From Chloroflexota bacterium (GTDB lineage Bacteria; Chloroflexota; UBA11872; VXOZ01), in NCBI GenBank assembly GCA_963663275.1, contig OY760183.1:864001-928000 (forward strand): a DNA stretch of 64,000 nucleotides, read 5' to 3'. Positions 46,501 through 55,426 of this stretch are shown here, piece by piece; positions within the stretch are counted from its first letter, which is position 1, and each line of letters starts with the position of its first letter. Under the pieces are notes generated by a model. That model did no database searches and was not told the DNA's origin. It saw only the letters and a list, made by a program, of their open reading frames with translations. The position numbers were made by a program, and so were the translations under genes.

Positions 46501-47409
46501 GAATTGTCTCCCTGCCGGCGGCGGCAGCGCCCGCGACCACAAGACCCAGGCGGAGAAGACGCCGTAGAAGAGCGTCTGCACAAGGGTAGACCGGAAGAAG
46601 GCCGCGCCGCGCGCGCCTTGAAAGCGGACGCCGAGGGCTTCTTCCAGGGCTCCGCGCACCGCGGTCAGGGAGGGCGTGTCGCCGGCCGCTTCCACCCGCG
46701 CCAGGCCGTCGCGGGCGTACGAGGCCAGCAGCCACGCCAGGTCGCGCGGCTCGGCCAGCGCCGCCCGGTGGGAGAGCGCGCGGCAGAGATATTCGCCCAA
46801 TCCCGCGCCGGCCGCGCGGGCAAAGGCGCGGGGCTTTTGCAGCTTTTCCGCAAATTCGGCGGCGCTCGCCGCAAGGCGAAACGTCTCCAGCTTGGCGGGA
46901 TTGCCCTGGGCGTCTTCGCCCAGCAGCACGAAATCGCGGTAGTTGGTCACGAGCACCAGCCGGTAGCGATTCCAATAGCGGCTCACCTGGGCGCTCTCGG
47001 CGGTGAGCCAGGCGTCGTCATCGATAGGTTTGACCTCCACCACGCCGCGTTCGGGCAAGGGGGCGGCAGGCGGATGTGCTCCCGCCGTGGGATGTGGGGA
47101 AGATGGATTCCCGTTTTCACGGGAATGACGGACCCGGCGCGTTGTATTTTCCGGGTAACGGCGGTCGGCACGCCCGCTCCGTTGCCCTTGCTTGGCAGTG
47201 TAAAGGCCGAAGTCGGGATGCCCGGCGCCCTGGTCGACCATGTCGCTGACACAGTGCACCTTGGGCTTGAGCGCGGCGCCGACGGCGTTCAGCAGTTCCG
47301 CCAACGGCGGGTAGAGCGAGCGCTCGTCCGTCGCCCCGCCGGTGGCGCGAATCCGGCGCAACGCGGCAAAATAGGTCTCAACGGCGGTGATGAGTTTCGC
47401 GGTGTTCAT
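43555..47409 (-). CDS. Type IIG / type ISP-like restriction-modification enzyme (nuclease + N6-MTase + TRD, no helicase)
   Basis: HPDFG...VVEVK nuclease motif, GVWYTP, LDPCCGTG, GNPPY, YRPFD..W.Y, GGYQVLKKWLSYR. Confidence 0.88.
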   Translation of the reverse strand: MNTAKLITAVETYFAALRRIRATGGATDERSLYPPLAELLNAVGAALKPKVHCVSDMVDQGAGHPDFGLYTAKQGQRSGRADRRYPENTTRRVRHSRENGNPSSPHPTAGAHPPAAPLPERGVVEVKPIDDDAWLTAESAQVSRYWNRYRLVLVTNYRDFVLLGEDAQGNPAKLETFRLAASAAEFAEKLQKPRAFARAAGAGLGEYLCRALSHRAALAEPRDLAWLLASYARDGLARVEAAGDTPSLTAVRGALEEALGVRFQGARGAAFFRSTLVQTLFYGVFSAWVLWSRALPPPAGRQFDWRTAVWHLRAPVLRALFQQISDPGRLQPLGLVEVLDWTAAALDRVDRDAFFSRFSEGEAVPYFYEPFLEAFDPALRKQLGVWYTPVEVVRYMVARVDKALKDDLGIADGLAAENVYVLDPCCGTGAYLAETLRRIADNLRGRGLGALTGARVKQAATSRVFGFEIMPAPFVVAHLQVGLTLQALDAPLADDAPSAGGATAGSSERAGIFLTNALTGWEPSGWKALPFPELEEERERANAVKQEKPILVVLGNPPYNGYAGMAVDEERELSTAYRATRRVRRPEGQGLNDLYVRFFRMAERRIAEKTGQGVVCFISNYSWLDGLSFTGMRERYLEAFDAIRIDCLNGDKYKTGKTTPQGAPDPSIFSTPEDPVGIQVGTAITTLVRKADHQPSKQVGFRHLWGQAKPQELLETAAAEPNTLYDTVAPLLPLGLPFAPTAVSEDWFNWPALTDLFPTSFPGVNTSRDRFLTHTDLDQLRERIADYFDVGLNHEEIARRYPVIMKSMQHFDAQSTRDKLLIRRGPIETGFIEFAYRPFDNRWLYWEADSGLLNRPRAEYKPHVFEGNLWLVTPQKQRREWSPPLVATNMGDINHMDGSTAYLPVWIHETGLGADETGAQYVPNLSPAAQRYLERLGLDVEDLFYHTLAVLHDPAYRRANAGALRMEWPRIPLPGWPELAAASPTGRGGSRTAPTATAHADAPAADPSVIPAQAGIQTPADAADFSVVPVKTGTHPSDTPADPADNPVNAGAPGADPSIAPAKTGTHPSVAAQTLAASAASGRQLAHLLDSDTPVPGVTTAPLRPEIIAIAVPATTDDGNMTGDDFALTAGWGHYGAGEAVMPGQGRAVERAYTAKEREAFQRAVSDPARSGHSGLRRNPANPAGSAQSPAPASPAAPPTPDLENTITTLGATTYDIYLNDRAYWQNVPANVWQYKLGGYQVLKKWLSYREHPILNRPLTPEEVQHFTDTARRIAAILGLTCSV

Positions 47410-47635
47410 AGGCTTTGCCCAGGCACGGTGACGCTCCGATTGCTGCGGCTATCCCATACGCACGTATTGTACAGCGATATCCACGTTTGCGGCGCGGTTT
47501 GGCGCTATGTGGTATAGATTAGATTGGTTTGGCGGTTGCGCATGGGGCCGGCATTGCGGTTGATAGGTTGGCCGGTTCCGGGGCGCGGCTTAAACGAAGC
47601 AATGGTGAAGCGCACAATCAAGGAGAAGGAGTCTC

Positions 47636-48577
47636 ATGAAACTGGTTACGTACGCGCAGGATAGCGGCCCGCGGGCGGGTCTGCTGGACGGAGATCAGGT
47701 GTACGATTTGCAGGACGCCGCCGACGCTTTCACGGCCCAGGCCGGCGCGGTGGGGGCAAAGCTGCCCAACGACGTGCGCGCGTTGCTGGAGATGGGCGAC
47801 GTCGGTCTGGCTCAGGCGCGGCGCGTGCTGGGCTTTGCGCAGGAGCAGGGCGGCGGCGCGCCCTTTGCCCTCGGCGCGGGAGACGTGACGCTGCTGCCGC
47901 CCATTCCGCGGCCGGATAAGGTGCTGTGCCTGGCCGGCAACTTTGCCGACCACATTCGCGAGGGCGGCGACGAGCCGCCGGAAAAGGCGCACCAGACGCC
48001 CCGCTACTTCTGGAAGCCCAACTCGGTGCTGGTGGGGCACGAGCAGCCGGTGCGGCTCTGGGAGTTGTCGGCCAGCGTGGATTGGGAACTGGAACTGGCA
48101 GTGGTGATCGGCAAAGGGGGGCGGGACATTGCCGCCGCCGACGCGCCGGGCCACATTGCCGGTTACACCATCTTCAACGACATTTCGTCCCGCGAACTCG
48201 ATCTGCCGTGGGAGCGGGAAGAGCGCGAGATGGACGACTATTTCGACTGGCTGAACGGCAAGTGGTTCGATACCCACGGCCCCATGGGACCGTACATCGC
48301 TACGGCGGACGAGATTCCCGATCCCCATGACCTGGCGATGTCGCTCAGCGTGAACGGCATCGAACGGCAGCGGGGCAATACGGGCCAGATGATCTTCAAC
48401 TGCTTCGAGTTGGTGGAGTGGATCACGCGCATCGTGACGCTGGCGCCGGGCGACGTGATTTCCACCGGCACGCCCGCGGGCGTGGGCGCGGCGGCCGGAG
48501 CCTCCCTGGAGGACGGGGACGTGATCGAGGCGACGATCGAGCGGCTGGGGACGCTGCGCAATCCGGTGCAGGGGTGA
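47636..48577 (+). CDS. Fumarylacetoacetate hydrolase family protein
   Basis: VDWELELAVVIG, GYTIFNDISSR, PGDVISTGTPAGV. Confidence 0.93.
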   Translation: MKLVTYAQDSGPRAGLLDGDQVYDLQDAADAFTAQAGAVGAKLPNDVRALLEMGDVGLAQARRVLGFAQEQGGGAPFALGAGDVTLLPPIPRPDKVLCLAGNFADHIREGGDEPPEKAHQTPRYFWKPNSVLVGHEQPVRLWELSASVDWELELAVVIGKGGRDIAAADAPGHIAGYTIFNDISSRELDLPWEREEREMDDYFDWLNGKWFDTHGPMGPYIATADEIPDPHDLAMSLSVNGIERQRGNTGQMIFNCFELVEWITRIVTLAPGDVISTGTPAGVGAAAGASLEDGDVIEATIERLGTLRNPVQG

Positions 48578-48655
48578 GCAGACACGATGGGGCGTGGCGG
48601 GTGGTAGAATGGAATCAAGGCAACCCGGTAGTTTGGAAAGCGAGCGTGAACCCTC

Positions 48656-49831
48656 ATGGGCGTACGGCGGTGGTGGCGGCTTGTTCTGGCCGGTGTGTTG
48701 CTGGCGCTGTCCCTTAGCGCCTGCGCGCCGAGCCTACCGTTCTTCTCCGGCGACGACGCCGGCGTCCAGGAGCTATTGGACCGCGGCCTGGAAGCCTTGC
48801 AGAAGGGCGACCTGGAAGCGGCAATGGAGATCTACAACGAGGCCGTTGACAAGTATCCCAATGAGTCGCATCCCTACCACCAGCGGGCCATCGTCCACAC
48901 GCAGACCGGCGACATCGAGAACGCGCTGCGGGATATAGATCGTTCCATCGAGCGCGATCCGGAGGATGCCGGCCACATCTTCTTCCGGGCCAGGATCTAC
49001 CTGAACATCGGCAACCTCCAGGGCGCGATGGACGACCTATCGCGGGTGATCGAGCTCGATCCAGCTATCGTGGACGCCTATTTGCTGCGCGCCTCGCTCT
49101 TCTACGCGCAGAACCGCATGAACGAGGCGCTGGCCGACGTGGGCACGGCGATCTCCCTGCGCCCCAGCGACCCGGAACTCTACTTCCGCCGCGCCAGCCT
49201 CCGCTTGACGCTGAACGACTATCCGGGCGCCATGGAGGACTTGAACGAGGCGATTGGGATCAACGCTGAGTACGCCGAGGCATACTACGTGCGGGGGCTG
49301 CTGCAGCTTTGGCAGGACGAGCCGGAGGGGGCGCTGGCCGATCTGAGCAAGACGGTGGAACTGGCGCCGGACCAGCCGCAGCCCTACGTGGCCCGGGCGG
49401 GCGTCTACCAGCAGTTGGAACGCTACGATGAGGCGCTGGTAGACCTGCAACAGGCGATCAACATTTCGCCGCAGAGTCCGGATCCGTACGCGGCCCGGGC
49501 CGAGGTCTACCGCGACATGGGCCAACTGGCCCGGGCGTTGGACGACGCGAACCGCGCCATCGACCTGGGACAGGACGACCCGCGCTACCTGTTGACGCGC
49601 GCGTCGGTTCTGGCCGACCAGGAGAATACGACCCAGGCGCTGCGCGACCTGGATCGAGCGGTGGAACTGGACCCGGGCTTTGCGCTGGCCCTGCTGCAAC
49701 GCGGCGAGATCCACGAGAAGCTGGGCAATAAGGATAAGGCGATCGAGGACTTCACTCGCGTGCTGGCTATTCCGGCCTCGGAAGAGATGCTGGAACAGGC
49801 GCGCGCGGCGCTGGAACGCCTGCGGGACTAA
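48656..49831 (+). CDS. TPR-repeat lipoprotein
   Basis: Lipobox LSAC; about 10 TPR units (AY..R.......A..D...AI.L.P). Confidence 0.9.
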   Translation: MGVRRWWRLVLAGVLLALSLSACAPSLPFFSGDDAGVQELLDRGLEALQKGDLEAAMEIYNEAVDKYPNESHPYHQRAIVHTQTGDIENALRDIDRSIERDPEDAGHIFFRARIYLNIGNLQGAMDDLSRVIELDPAIVDAYLLRASLFYAQNRMNEALADVGTAISLRPSDPELYFRRASLRLTLNDYPGAMEDLNEAIGINAEYAEAYYVRGLLQLWQDEPEGALADLSKTVELAPDQPQPYVARAGVYQQLERYDEALVDLQQAINISPQSPDPYAARAEVYRDMGQLARALDDANRAIDLGQDDPRYLLTRASVLADQENTTQALRDLDRAVELDPGFALALLQRGEIHEKLGNKDKAIEDFTRVLAIPASEEMLEQARAALERLRD

Positions 49832-49876
49832 GCATACGCACACGCCGGGCCGTTCATCCTTCGACAGGCTCAGGTC

Positions 49877-49975
49877 GAACGGGTAGTCCGCTGGGACGAA
49901 CGGGAAGTACGCCTGGATGAACGGGAAATCCGCTAGGACGAATAGGAAGTTCGCTGGGATGAACGGGTAGTCCGC
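49877..49975 (+). repeat. 21-bp tandem repeat (about 4.7 units) extending from a family-D REP
   Basis: GAACGGG(T/A)AGTCCGCTGGGA(C/T) units. Confidence 0.8.
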
Positions 49976-50151
49976 GCCTGCGGCGTGCCCGTTTTCAGCC
50001 CTGTCTGCAGAAACCGTTCGCGCTGAGCCCGTCGAAGCGCGTCGCGAAAGGCATTCCCGCGCCCCCCGTTCATCCTTCGACAGGCTCAGGACGAACGGGG
50101 GACAGGCTCGCGGCGGAACGGTAATCCAAAAGCGCAGGGTTCTTCTAACGC

Positions 50152-50277
50152 AAAGCCGGTTCGTCCTGTCACACTGCCGGTTCGCTCTGCCGCACCGCCG
50201 AATCTTTCTGCCGCACTGCCGGTTCGTGCTGTCACAAAGCCGGCTGGTCCTATCTCACGGCCGGTTCGTCCTGCCAC
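50152..50277. repeat. 21-bp tandem repeat, 6 degenerate units
   Basis: A..GCCGGTTCGTCCTG(T/C)CAC units; overlaps the 3' end of the next gene. Confidence 0.8.
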
Positions 50278-51737
50278 AACGTGGAATCATCCTGCCGCAG
50301 CGCCGGGGACTCCAGCGCGGAGAGCAGCCCGAAGAGTATCCCCAGCAGGATGCCCAAGCTGTGCACGAAGAGGCTATCCACCAGGCTATGCGCGCAGAAG
50401 GCGGCCAGGCTGCCCAGCAATCCCAGCGCCAGCGCGCGTGTCCAGGCGTCCGGTGCGCGCCGCCACGCGCCGATGGCTGCGCGCCACGCCAGCGCCAGGA
50501 AGAGCAGAAAGGCCAGGAAGGTCAGCATTCCGCCTTCCGCCGCCAGGTTGAGGTAGTAGTTGTGGGCGTGGCCCACGCCGGTGGGCCAGCCGGGCAGGGC
50601 GTATAATTCGTACGCTTTCGGGTAATTGCCGATGCCCACGCCCAGCAGGGGGTTGTGGGCGTACATCTGCCAGCCGGCGTACCATTGGGAGACGCGCTCC
50701 AGGATTGCCCAGTTATCCGGGTTCGGGCCGGCGCGCAACTCCTGCACGATGCGCGAGCCGTACACGAAGAGGTCGGTCACGCGCGCCAGCACGGCCTCCG
50801 GGATGACGCCCAGCATGAGGGCCACCAGCAAGGCCGTGGAGCCGCCGTAGGCCAGGGCAAAGGCGCGCAGCCGGTTGCGCTGGCTTTCCAGCAGCCAGAC
50901 CGCGCCCAGCGCCGCCAGGGTTCCCAGCCAAGCCCCGCGCGAGAGGCTGGCCGCAATGCCGACCGCCAGCGCGACACTCACGCCCCATCCCAATAGCCGG
51001 ATGCGGTGATGCGGCGCGGCCAGGGCCAGCGCCAGCGCGATGGGCAGGCAGAGCGCCAGGTAGCCGCCGTACGGGTTCGGTTGGCCGAACGTGCCGTGCG
51101 CCCGCATCAGCACGCCGCCGGCCAGGAAGTGCGGCGGGCCGACGCGCAATGCGGTCTGGAGCAGGCCGATGCCGACTTCCGCCAGCGCCGTGAGCAGCAG
51201 CACGCCCACCAGCGCGGCAAGCATGCGGCGGTTTCGCACGGTGGTGGCGGTAACCAGGTAGATGACGAAGAGTTCCGCCCACTTGCTGATTTCCTTGATG
51301 CTCAGGAGCAGGCTCTCCGCGCTGAGCGCGGAAAGCGCCATGGGGATCATGACGATGATGATGGGCAGCGCCAGCGGCGGCAGCGCGGCGGCGCGCCAGC
51401 GGCCGGCGATCATGCCCGCCAGCCAGGAAAGGCCGATGAACGCCACCAGCGGCTCGTTGACCGTAATGTCCACGTTGTCCGGCAGGCTGATGGTGCGCAG
51501 GCTGCCAAAGGGAACGGTCACCAGCAGCATGGCGACGCCGACGAGCGGATGGATGAAGATTGCCGCCGCGCCGACCACCGCGCCAATGGTGAGGAGCGCC
51601 CACACGGGCGGCAAGAACCACGCCACCACCAGCACGCCCGCCACGCCCAGAATGCCCAGCAGCCGCCAGCGTTGGATTGCGGCGCGTTGGCGGGCATGGA
51701 AGCGATTGGAGATTTCCGCCGCGCTTTGCTCTATCAT
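50250..51737 (-). CDS. O-antigen ligase family membrane protein
   Basis: RAHGTFGQPN, SLSRGAW, PLLGVGIGNY, HAHNYYL; ATG preceded by TGCTATAGT-N7. Confidence 0.88.
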   Translation of the reverse strand: MIEQSAAEISNRFHARQRAAIQRWRLLGILGVAGVLVVAWFLPPVWALLTIGAVVGAAAIFIHPLVGVAMLLVTVPFGSLRTISLPDNVDITVNEPLVAFIGLSWLAGMIAGRWRAAALPPLALPIIIVMIPMALSALSAESLLLSIKEISKWAELFVIYLVTATTVRNRRMLAALVGVLLLTALAEVGIGLLQTALRVGPPHFLAGGVLMRAHGTFGQPNPYGGYLALCLPIALALALAAPHHRIRLLGWGVSVALAVGIAASLSRGAWLGTLAALGAVWLLESQRNRLRAFALAYGGSTALLVALMLGVIPEAVLARVTDLFVYGSRIVQELRAGPNPDNWAILERVSQWYAGWQMYAHNPLLGVGIGNYPKAYELYALPGWPTGVGHAHNYYLNLAAEGGMLTFLAFLLFLALAWRAAIGAWRRAPDAWTRALALGLLGSLAAFCAHSLVDSLFVHSLGILLGILFGLLSALESPALRQDDSTLWQDEPAVR

Positions 51738-51778
51738 GGCTTTCACTATAGCAGCCACTTGAGACGAAAGTACGGTTC

Positions 51779-52588
51779 ATGGGTGAGACAAGAAAACCGT
51801 TGCGGTGGTGGGAAGTCGCCCAGGCCGTGCGCGGACAGCGGATAGGCCGCCGTCTGGTCTATCGGGCGGAAGTGGATTCCACCATGGACGTCTGCCACGC
51901 GCTGGCGCGCGCGGGGGCGGAGACCGGCGTGGTGGCGGTGGCCGACGGCCAGACCGCCGGCCGGGGCCGGCTGGGCCGGGCGTGGCATGCGCCGCCGCGC
52001 ACCTGCCTGCTCTTCTCCGTCCTCTTGCGGCCCACGCTGCCCCAGGAGCAGTGGCCGCACGCGCTGTGGCCGCTGGCGTTGGCCCTGGCGGATGCGGTAG
52101 AGGCCGCGGCGGGCGCGAGGCCGCCGATTAAGTGGCCGAACGACCTCATGCTGCACGGGCGCAAACTGGGCGGCCTGCTGGCCGAGGCCACCGGCGGCGG
52201 CGTGGTGGTCGGCGCGGGCCTGAACGTGAACGTGCCCGCGGCCGCCCTGGCGCTGGAACAACCGGCCGTCTCGCTGGCGGACGCGGTGGGACATCCGGTT
52301 TCGCGTGAGGGCCTGCTCATCGCCAGCCTGCGGTCGTTCGAGCGGTGGTACCGCCGCTGGCTGGCCGCGCCGGAGGCCGTGTGGGACGCCTGGCGCGCCG
52401 GTTCGTACCTCATCGGGCGGCAGGTTGAGGTGGCCGCCGGCAGCCGCCGCTACACGGGCACGGCGATAGACCAGGACCGCGACGGCTATCTCCACGTGCG
52501 CGCCGCAGACGGACACACGCACCGCTTCGCCGCCGGCGACGCCCACGTGCGCCTGCAAAGCGCGGAGCATGAGGAGCGCGGAGCGTAA
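51779..52588 (+). CDS. birA: Biotin--acetyl-CoA-carboxylase ligase
   Basis: DSTM, QTAGRGRLGRAW, IKWPNDL, KLGGLL; no N-terminal HTH. Confidence 0.93.
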   Translation: MGETRKPLRWWEVAQAVRGQRIGRRLVYRAEVDSTMDVCHALARAGAETGVVAVADGQTAGRGRLGRAWHAPPRTCLLFSVLLRPTLPQEQWPHALWPLALALADAVEAAAGARPPIKWPNDLMLHGRKLGGLLAEATGGGVVVGAGLNVNVPAAALALEQPAVSLADAVGHPVSREGLLIASLRSFERWYRRWLAAPEAVWDAWRAGSYLIGRQVEVAAGSRRYTGTAIDQDRDGYLHVRAADGHTHRFAAGDAHVRLQSAEHEERGA

Positions 52589-52715
52589 AGACTGCGGAAT
52601 AGGCCGCGTACGCGCGTTGACAGAGAGAGTGGTTCGTGGGAGTATGATGCTACGTGGATGTAAGATTAGCGAGAATGCCGATCACAGATTCTGTACAGAT
52701 TTCGAGCTTGGATAG

Positions 52716-53042
52716 ATGAACACGCCACCGACCGTTACCCTAACAGGCATGTCCGGCGCGTCGTATACCTACTGGATCTTTCCGGAAAGCTGGTCCGGCA
52801 GCAATGAGCCGGGAAACTATGTCATTGCCAGGCCAAGCCAGCTTGCCGGGTGGGACATAATCTACATCGGCCAGACTGACAACTTCAGCAGAAGACTTGG
52901 CGAACACAAGAGAGAGCAAAGAATATCGCGGTACGAACCCACTCACATCTTTGCGCACGTAAATGCCAGTTCAATGGCCCGGCACGTGGAGGAGGGCGAC
53001 CTCATTGCCGCCCTGAATCCCCCGGGCAACAGGCAGAGTTAG
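52716..53042 (+). CDS. Small GIY-YIG nuclease-like protein
   Basis: PGNYV...IYIGQT...RRL.EH...E..LI...NP.GN. Confidence 0.7.
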   Translation: MNTPPTVTLTGMSGASYTYWIFPESWSGSNEPGNYVIARPSQLAGWDIIYIGQTDNFSRRLGEHKREQRISRYEPTHIFAHVNASSMARHVEEGDLIAALNPPGNRQS

Positions 53043-53057
53043 GCACAGGTCTTGCAC

Positions 53058-53345
53058 ATGACCGGCATCGAGGTCTTGGTTCCCACAATAGCCATCCTGG
53101 CCGTAGGCATCGCGCTGGCAGGGCTGATCTGGCAGGGGCAAAGAGAGATCAGGGAGGATGCCCGCAACATGCGCGAGCAGTTGCTTGAAGTCTTTCAACG
53201 AGTGTCGTGGATTGAGGGCGCATCCGGCATGGCGCGGGGCAGGGATCTTGGCAGGCCGAAAAGCGGCATAGAAGAGTCGGATCTCTACCCTGGCAGGCCG
53301 AAGTCCGAACCGGACGATACGACGCCGCCGGAGCCTCCCGGATAG
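53058..53345 (+). CDS. Small TM plus coiled-coil protein
   Basis: N-terminal hydrophobic helix followed by a charged helix. Confidence 0.55.
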   Translation: MTGIEVLVPTIAILAVGIALAGLIWQGQREIREDARNMREQLLEVFQRVSWIEGASGMARGRDLGRPKSGIEESDLYPGRPKSEPDDTTPPEPPG

Positions 53346-53349
53346 GCGG

Positions 53350-53509
53350 GGGACAGGGGTAGGCATTCTACATCCGACTTCACGTGTCATTCCGAGCGGA
53401 GCGCAGCGAAGAGAGGAATCTAAGGCTTTCGCTGCAAAAACGTCGGTTCTAGATTCCGCGAACCCTGTTCGACGCTCCGCTCGGAATGACACTTGCCTAC
53501 CGCTGTCAG
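53350..53509. mobile_element. MITE with perfect 11-bp target duplication
   Basis: CGGATAGGCGG on both sides (53339-53349, 53510-53520); inserted at a family-A REP. Confidence 0.82.
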
Positions 53510-53586
53510 CGGATAGGCGGGGGACAAGCCCCCGCGCTACGTTTGGGCGACAGCATTGGGGTGAGGGGGGAAGACTCCCCTTACCG

Positions 53587-54315
53587 CTACTCTCCGGCCT
53601 CCGGCGGTTTGAGTTCGATCACCACACGCCGATCGTCGCCGGCGCCGGTAGAGTGGGTAGCCACGTCCTCATCGTCGGCCAGGGTCAGGTGGATGATGCG
53701 CCGTTCGTGGGGCGGCATTGCTTCCAGGGTAATCGCCTTGCCGTTTTCCCGTACCAGGTCGGCCAGGCGGCGCGCCATGCCGGTCAGCAGTTCCTCGCGG
53801 CGTTGGCGGTAGCCGCCGACGTCCACCACCACCAGGCCGTGTTCCCCGAGCTGTTTCGTCAGCATCAGGTTGAAGAGGAACTGGATCGACCGTAGCGTGC
53901 TTCCCCGTTTGCCGATGAAAGCGTCCGCGCCCTCGCCGGCAACGTTCAGCCGCAGCGGTTCCACGCCGGTCACCTCCACGTTCACCTCGCTGCCCAGGTG
54001 ATGGAAGAACTCCCGCAGCAGTTCCGTAGCGTCGTCCAGTTGTTCCTGTGCCAGCGGCAGTTCCGGCTCGTCCGTTTCCGGCGCGGGCGCGGCGTCGTCC
54101 GGCGGCGGTTCTGCCGGCGCGGTTTCCGCCGGAGCGCCTTCGGGTTTCAGTTCCACCAGGACCCGTGTCTCCTCTCCACCCAGGCCGAAGAGGCCGCCGG
54201 AACCGGCGCTAAGCACGCGCACGGTAACCGCGTCACGGGACGCGCCAAGTTGCTCGAGGGCGTTCTGTATGGCGTCCTCGACCGTTTTGCCAGTTGCTTC
54301 AACGCTTTCCGCCAC
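53587..54315 (-). CDS. jag: RNA-binding protein Jag/KhpB (Jag_N-KH-R3H)
   Basis: GKTVEDAI, IGKRGSTL, MPPHERRIIH. Confidence 0.93.
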   Translation of the reverse strand: MAESVEATGKTVEDAIQNALEQLGASRDAVTVRVLSAGSGGLFGLGGEETRVLVELKPEGAPAETAPAEPPPDDAAPAPETDEPELPLAQEQLDDATELLREFFHHLGSEVNVEVTGVEPLRLNVAGEGADAFIGKRGSTLRSIQFLFNLMLTKQLGEHGLVVVDVGGYRQRREELLTGMARRLADLVRENGKAITLEAMPPHERRIIHLTLADDEDVATHSTGAGDDRRVVIELKPPEAGE

Positions 54316-55426
54316 CTTTTTTCTTCTCCCTCCGTCGCGACTTCTTCTTGCCGGCGCCGGGCGCCGGTTGCGGCGCGCCGTCCGTCCGCTCGTCGGCCTG
54401 GTCCAGGCCGAGTTCTTGCAGCGTCGTCTCCGTTAGTTCCGGGATTGCCGCGCGCTTGCCGCCGCCCAGCGCCAGGCCGCCCAGCAGACCGCCCAGGCCG
54501 GCCGCTTCCCGTTGCGGCTGCGGCTGCGGCGCGGGCGGCGGGCCTGGTGTCTTCCCGTTGCCTGCGGCCGGCGCAGTCTCCGCCTTCTCCCTATCGCCGG
54601 CCGGCGCAGTCTCCGCCTTGCCGTTGCCGGCGGCGGGCGCGGGCGGCGCTTGGCTTGCCTCAGGCTTCTCGCTCTTGGCGGGCGCGGCGGCCGGCGCCGT
54701 CACCGGCGCCAGGCTCTTGTCCCGCATGATCACCCATTGCTGGCCGATGCTGAATATATTCGATATTACCCAGTATAAGGCAAGTCCCGCCGGAAATTGC
54801 ATGGCAAAGAACACGATCATGATGGGCATGAACTGCATCACGTTCTGGATCATAATCTGCTGCGGGTCGTTCGTCATGCGGTTCATCATCATGCGTTGCA
54901 CCACCCACTGGGTCGCCCCGGCGGTCAGCGCCAGCGCCCCGGGCAACTTGAACGGCAGATCCACCCCTGGCGGCAGCCACACGTCCGGTTGCGCCAGGTC
55001 GCCGATCCAGAGGAAGGCCATTTGCAGGTTGGCCATGGTTTGGGGATTGTTCGTCACGCCGATGATGGCCCAATAGAGCGCGAACAGCACCGGCAGTTGC
55101 GCCAGTTGGGGCAGGCAGCCCATCAGCGGATTCACGCCGTGTTCTTTGTAGAGTTCCATCTGCGCCTGGGCCATGGCCTGGCGGTCGCCCTTGTGCTGCT
55201 TCTGCAACTCCTTGAGGCGCGGCGAGAGCAACTGCATGCGGCGCGACGAACGCAGGCTGGTGACGCTGAGCGGAAAGAGGATGAGGCGGACGATGATGGT
55301 AAAGAAGATGATGGCAATGCCGAAACTGGGCAAGCCGATATACTCGGTCAGGTCGTAGAGCCGGAGCAATCCGCTCTGCAACCCGCCGACCAGGACGTCG
55401 TTCCAAAGTGAGCTAAAGAAATCCAC
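54299..55426 (-). CDS. yidC: Membrane protein insertase YidC
   Basis: FTIIVRLILFPL, GVNPLMGCLP, FLWIGDL, PAGLALYW. Confidence 0.94.
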   Translation of the reverse strand: MDFFSSLWNDVLVGGLQSGLLRLYDLTEYIGLPSFGIAIIFFTIIVRLILFPLSVTSLRSSRRMQLLSPRLKELQKQHKGDRQAMAQAQMELYKEHGVNPLMGCLPQLAQLPVLFALYWAIIGVTNNPQTMANLQMAFLWIGDLAQPDVWLPPGVDLPFKLPGALALTAGATQWVVQRMMMNRMTNDPQQIMIQNVMQFMPIMIVFFAMQFPAGLALYWVISNIFSIGQQWVIMRDKSLAPVTAPAAAPAKSEKPEASQAPPAPAAGNGKAETAPAGDREKAETAPAAGNGKTPGPPPAPQPQPQREAAGLGGLLGGLALGGGKRAAIPELTETTLQELGLDQADERTDGAPQPAPGAGKKKSRRREKKKGGGKR

